Source: Chiloscyllium plagiosum (taxonomy: Eukaryota). Taken from it: 64,000 nucleotides of DNA. Each line of letters opens with the position of its first letter. Position 1 is the stretch's first letter. Of this stretch, positions 62,331-64,000 are shown piece by piece. The position numbers and the translations under genes are program-made. The notes under the pieces are model-generated. The model was not told where the DNA came from, did not search any database, and was given only the letters and a program-made list of their open reading frames with translations. Where the stretch lies: contig NC_057750.1 in NCBI RefSeq assembly GCF_004010195.1, positions 17,302,680 through 17,366,679 of the forward strand, in the 5' to 3' direction.

Positions 62331-63330
62331 CGAACAATCAGAATGAGCCTGATTTTCTGTGCTCCTGACTGGAGGGTGGGTGTCACCTGCCCTGCCCACA
62401 TTCTTCACAATTGTGAACTGCTGACTCAACACAGACTGGGGAACAGAATTTGATAATCTTCTGATATGTATTAAAGACAGGCTTCCATTTCAATAGCATC
62501 TTTAAACCTTGGAACAGCTAAAAGCATTTACCACCATCTTTTGAAATGCAGTCACTGTCACAATGTAAGAGGCACAGCAGCTGATAGGTGCACACTAGGC
62601 TCCCACAAACATTGACCTGATAATGACCAGATGCTCTACTGGGACTAGTCAGGATATTGGGGAGACGTCCCCTGTTCCTTTCAAAGTGGTATCATCGGAT
62701 CTTTTATTACCCCCTGAGAATTTCATTTGAACTTATACAATCCAAAGAAGGCACCTCCAACAGTGAAGCACCCTGTCAGCACCGCACTAGGATATTCACC
62801 CTTCAGCCTGATTTCAAAACCAGAATAGGGGCTTAAACCGGAGCCTTCTGAGGTGATGGCAGGACTCTCTGAGTCATAGTTAATCCAAAAGATGGGGCGT
62901 TATAATTCTGAGGAACGCAGGGGACAAGCAAAAGGCAAAGCCAAATTAAACACGGAGTCAGTCTTGAATAGTTTGTTGGGAAGCTTGTGGGGAATAGGCT
63001 TCTGCTTCTTGCTCAAGGATTTCTTTTTTGGAAGATTTTATAACGAGACACAATGTGCAAGGAAAAGGCAGGAGCCATGGCACTAAGTTAGAATGCTCAT
63101 TTGAAGAGCCAGTATGGACATGTTGGACTGAATGGCCTCTTTCTGCTTATTCCGTGATCCCCTCTCAGTGAAAGCTAACAGGTAGAGCTGACCTCTCCCC
63201 TACACTGTTGGCTTCACCTCAGTGATTTTAGACATTGCGATTTGACACTGACTCGATTGTTTGGATTCAGCTTGGAACAAACCCTGACAAACAGCTAGAC
63301 GTTGTAACATGCTGCTTGGTCTGGTTTCAG

Positions 63331-63475
63331 AGTCACGGAAGACGCTCGGGAAAATGAGATGGAGGAAAACCTGGACCAGGTGGGAAGCATCATCGGCAAC
63401 CTGCGACACATGGCTCTCGACATGAGCAATGAGATTGGTTCCCAGAATGCCCAGATTGACCGGATTGTGGTCAAG
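63331..63475 (+). CDS. SNAP25: SNAP-25/SNAP-23 family exon 7 (SN2 SNARE helix)
   Basis: 145-bp exon between ggtttcAG and GTaaga; encodes (R)[48 protein letters not shown], with the zero-layer Gln in SQNAQ. Confidence 0.97.
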
Positions 63476-64000
63476 GTAAGAGTTTAAATGTACTCACCAG
63501 GAATCCTGGGTGAAAAGTGAAACTCCGGGAATCCAGGGCACTACCCAAGGTGGAAAAGAATAAAAGAGGAATGCTTTAACCACTTAGTAACAGCAGACTC
63601 GCATTTTGAGAACCTGTGCATGTTTGGGGAAGGAATCGACAAGGCTGGAGGGCAGTGGTTGGGGTCTCTGTCAACTTACCTTCACCCTACTTAAGTCTAG
63701 TGTTGGAAGCTCTGTCGAGCTGCCCTACTGAGGCTGTTAAGAGGGCAATTAATGTTCACTAAAACATCTATTTTGATCAGGCTCCATTTGAGGGGATTTT
63801 TATGCGTTTATTTTCTGAGCTAAAGTTTTCCACTTTCAGTCAGATTCAGGAGTATATTGAAAGGCGCTGGAGGAATATGGATGGCTGCTGGTCGGGGGAG
63901 AGACATTGAAAGAAACCTAGGAAAGAGTGGGAAACATGAGTACTGGGAGCAGGAATATGCAAGTCAGCCCCTGCAGCCTGCCCCCCCCATTTAATACCAT

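Noticed and set aside
63200..63409. Minus-strand 69-aa ORF over exon 7
   Set aside because: Antisense shadow of the real + strand exon.

Overview
Vertebrate (cartilaginous fish, probably a shark; inferred from HE1-type V-SINEs, CR1 LINEs and near-identity to my recollection of the Torpedo SNAP-25 protein) genomic DNA. The only real protein-coding content I can support is four + strand exons (equivalent to SNAP25 exons 4-7: 30563-30611, 45507-45624, 51612-51746, 63331-63475) of a SNAP-25/SNAP-23-family Qbc-SNARE gene; exons 1-3 and 8 were not found in the window. Everything else is intron, densely filled with CR1/L2-type LINE fragments (one nearly full-length, rearranged CR1 at ~53.4-57.9 kb), HE1/V-SINEs, Deu-domain SINEs, other tRNA-derived SINEs, two solo LTRs with TSDs and several minisatellites. 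The most unusual signal is a set of at least three to four families of ~200-bp foldback elements that carry minimal hammerhead-ribozyme cores (CUGANGA-A-stem II-GAAA-palindromic tetramer) and are flanked by 13-16 bp target-site duplications, best explained as non-autonomous Penelope-like retroelements; one copy (28389-28423) has an intact core. Four of the minisatellites visibly arose by tandem amplification of pieces of transposable elements. Nearly all ORFs in the supplied track are TE- or repeat-derived or chance ORFs. TE boundaries are estimated by eye.
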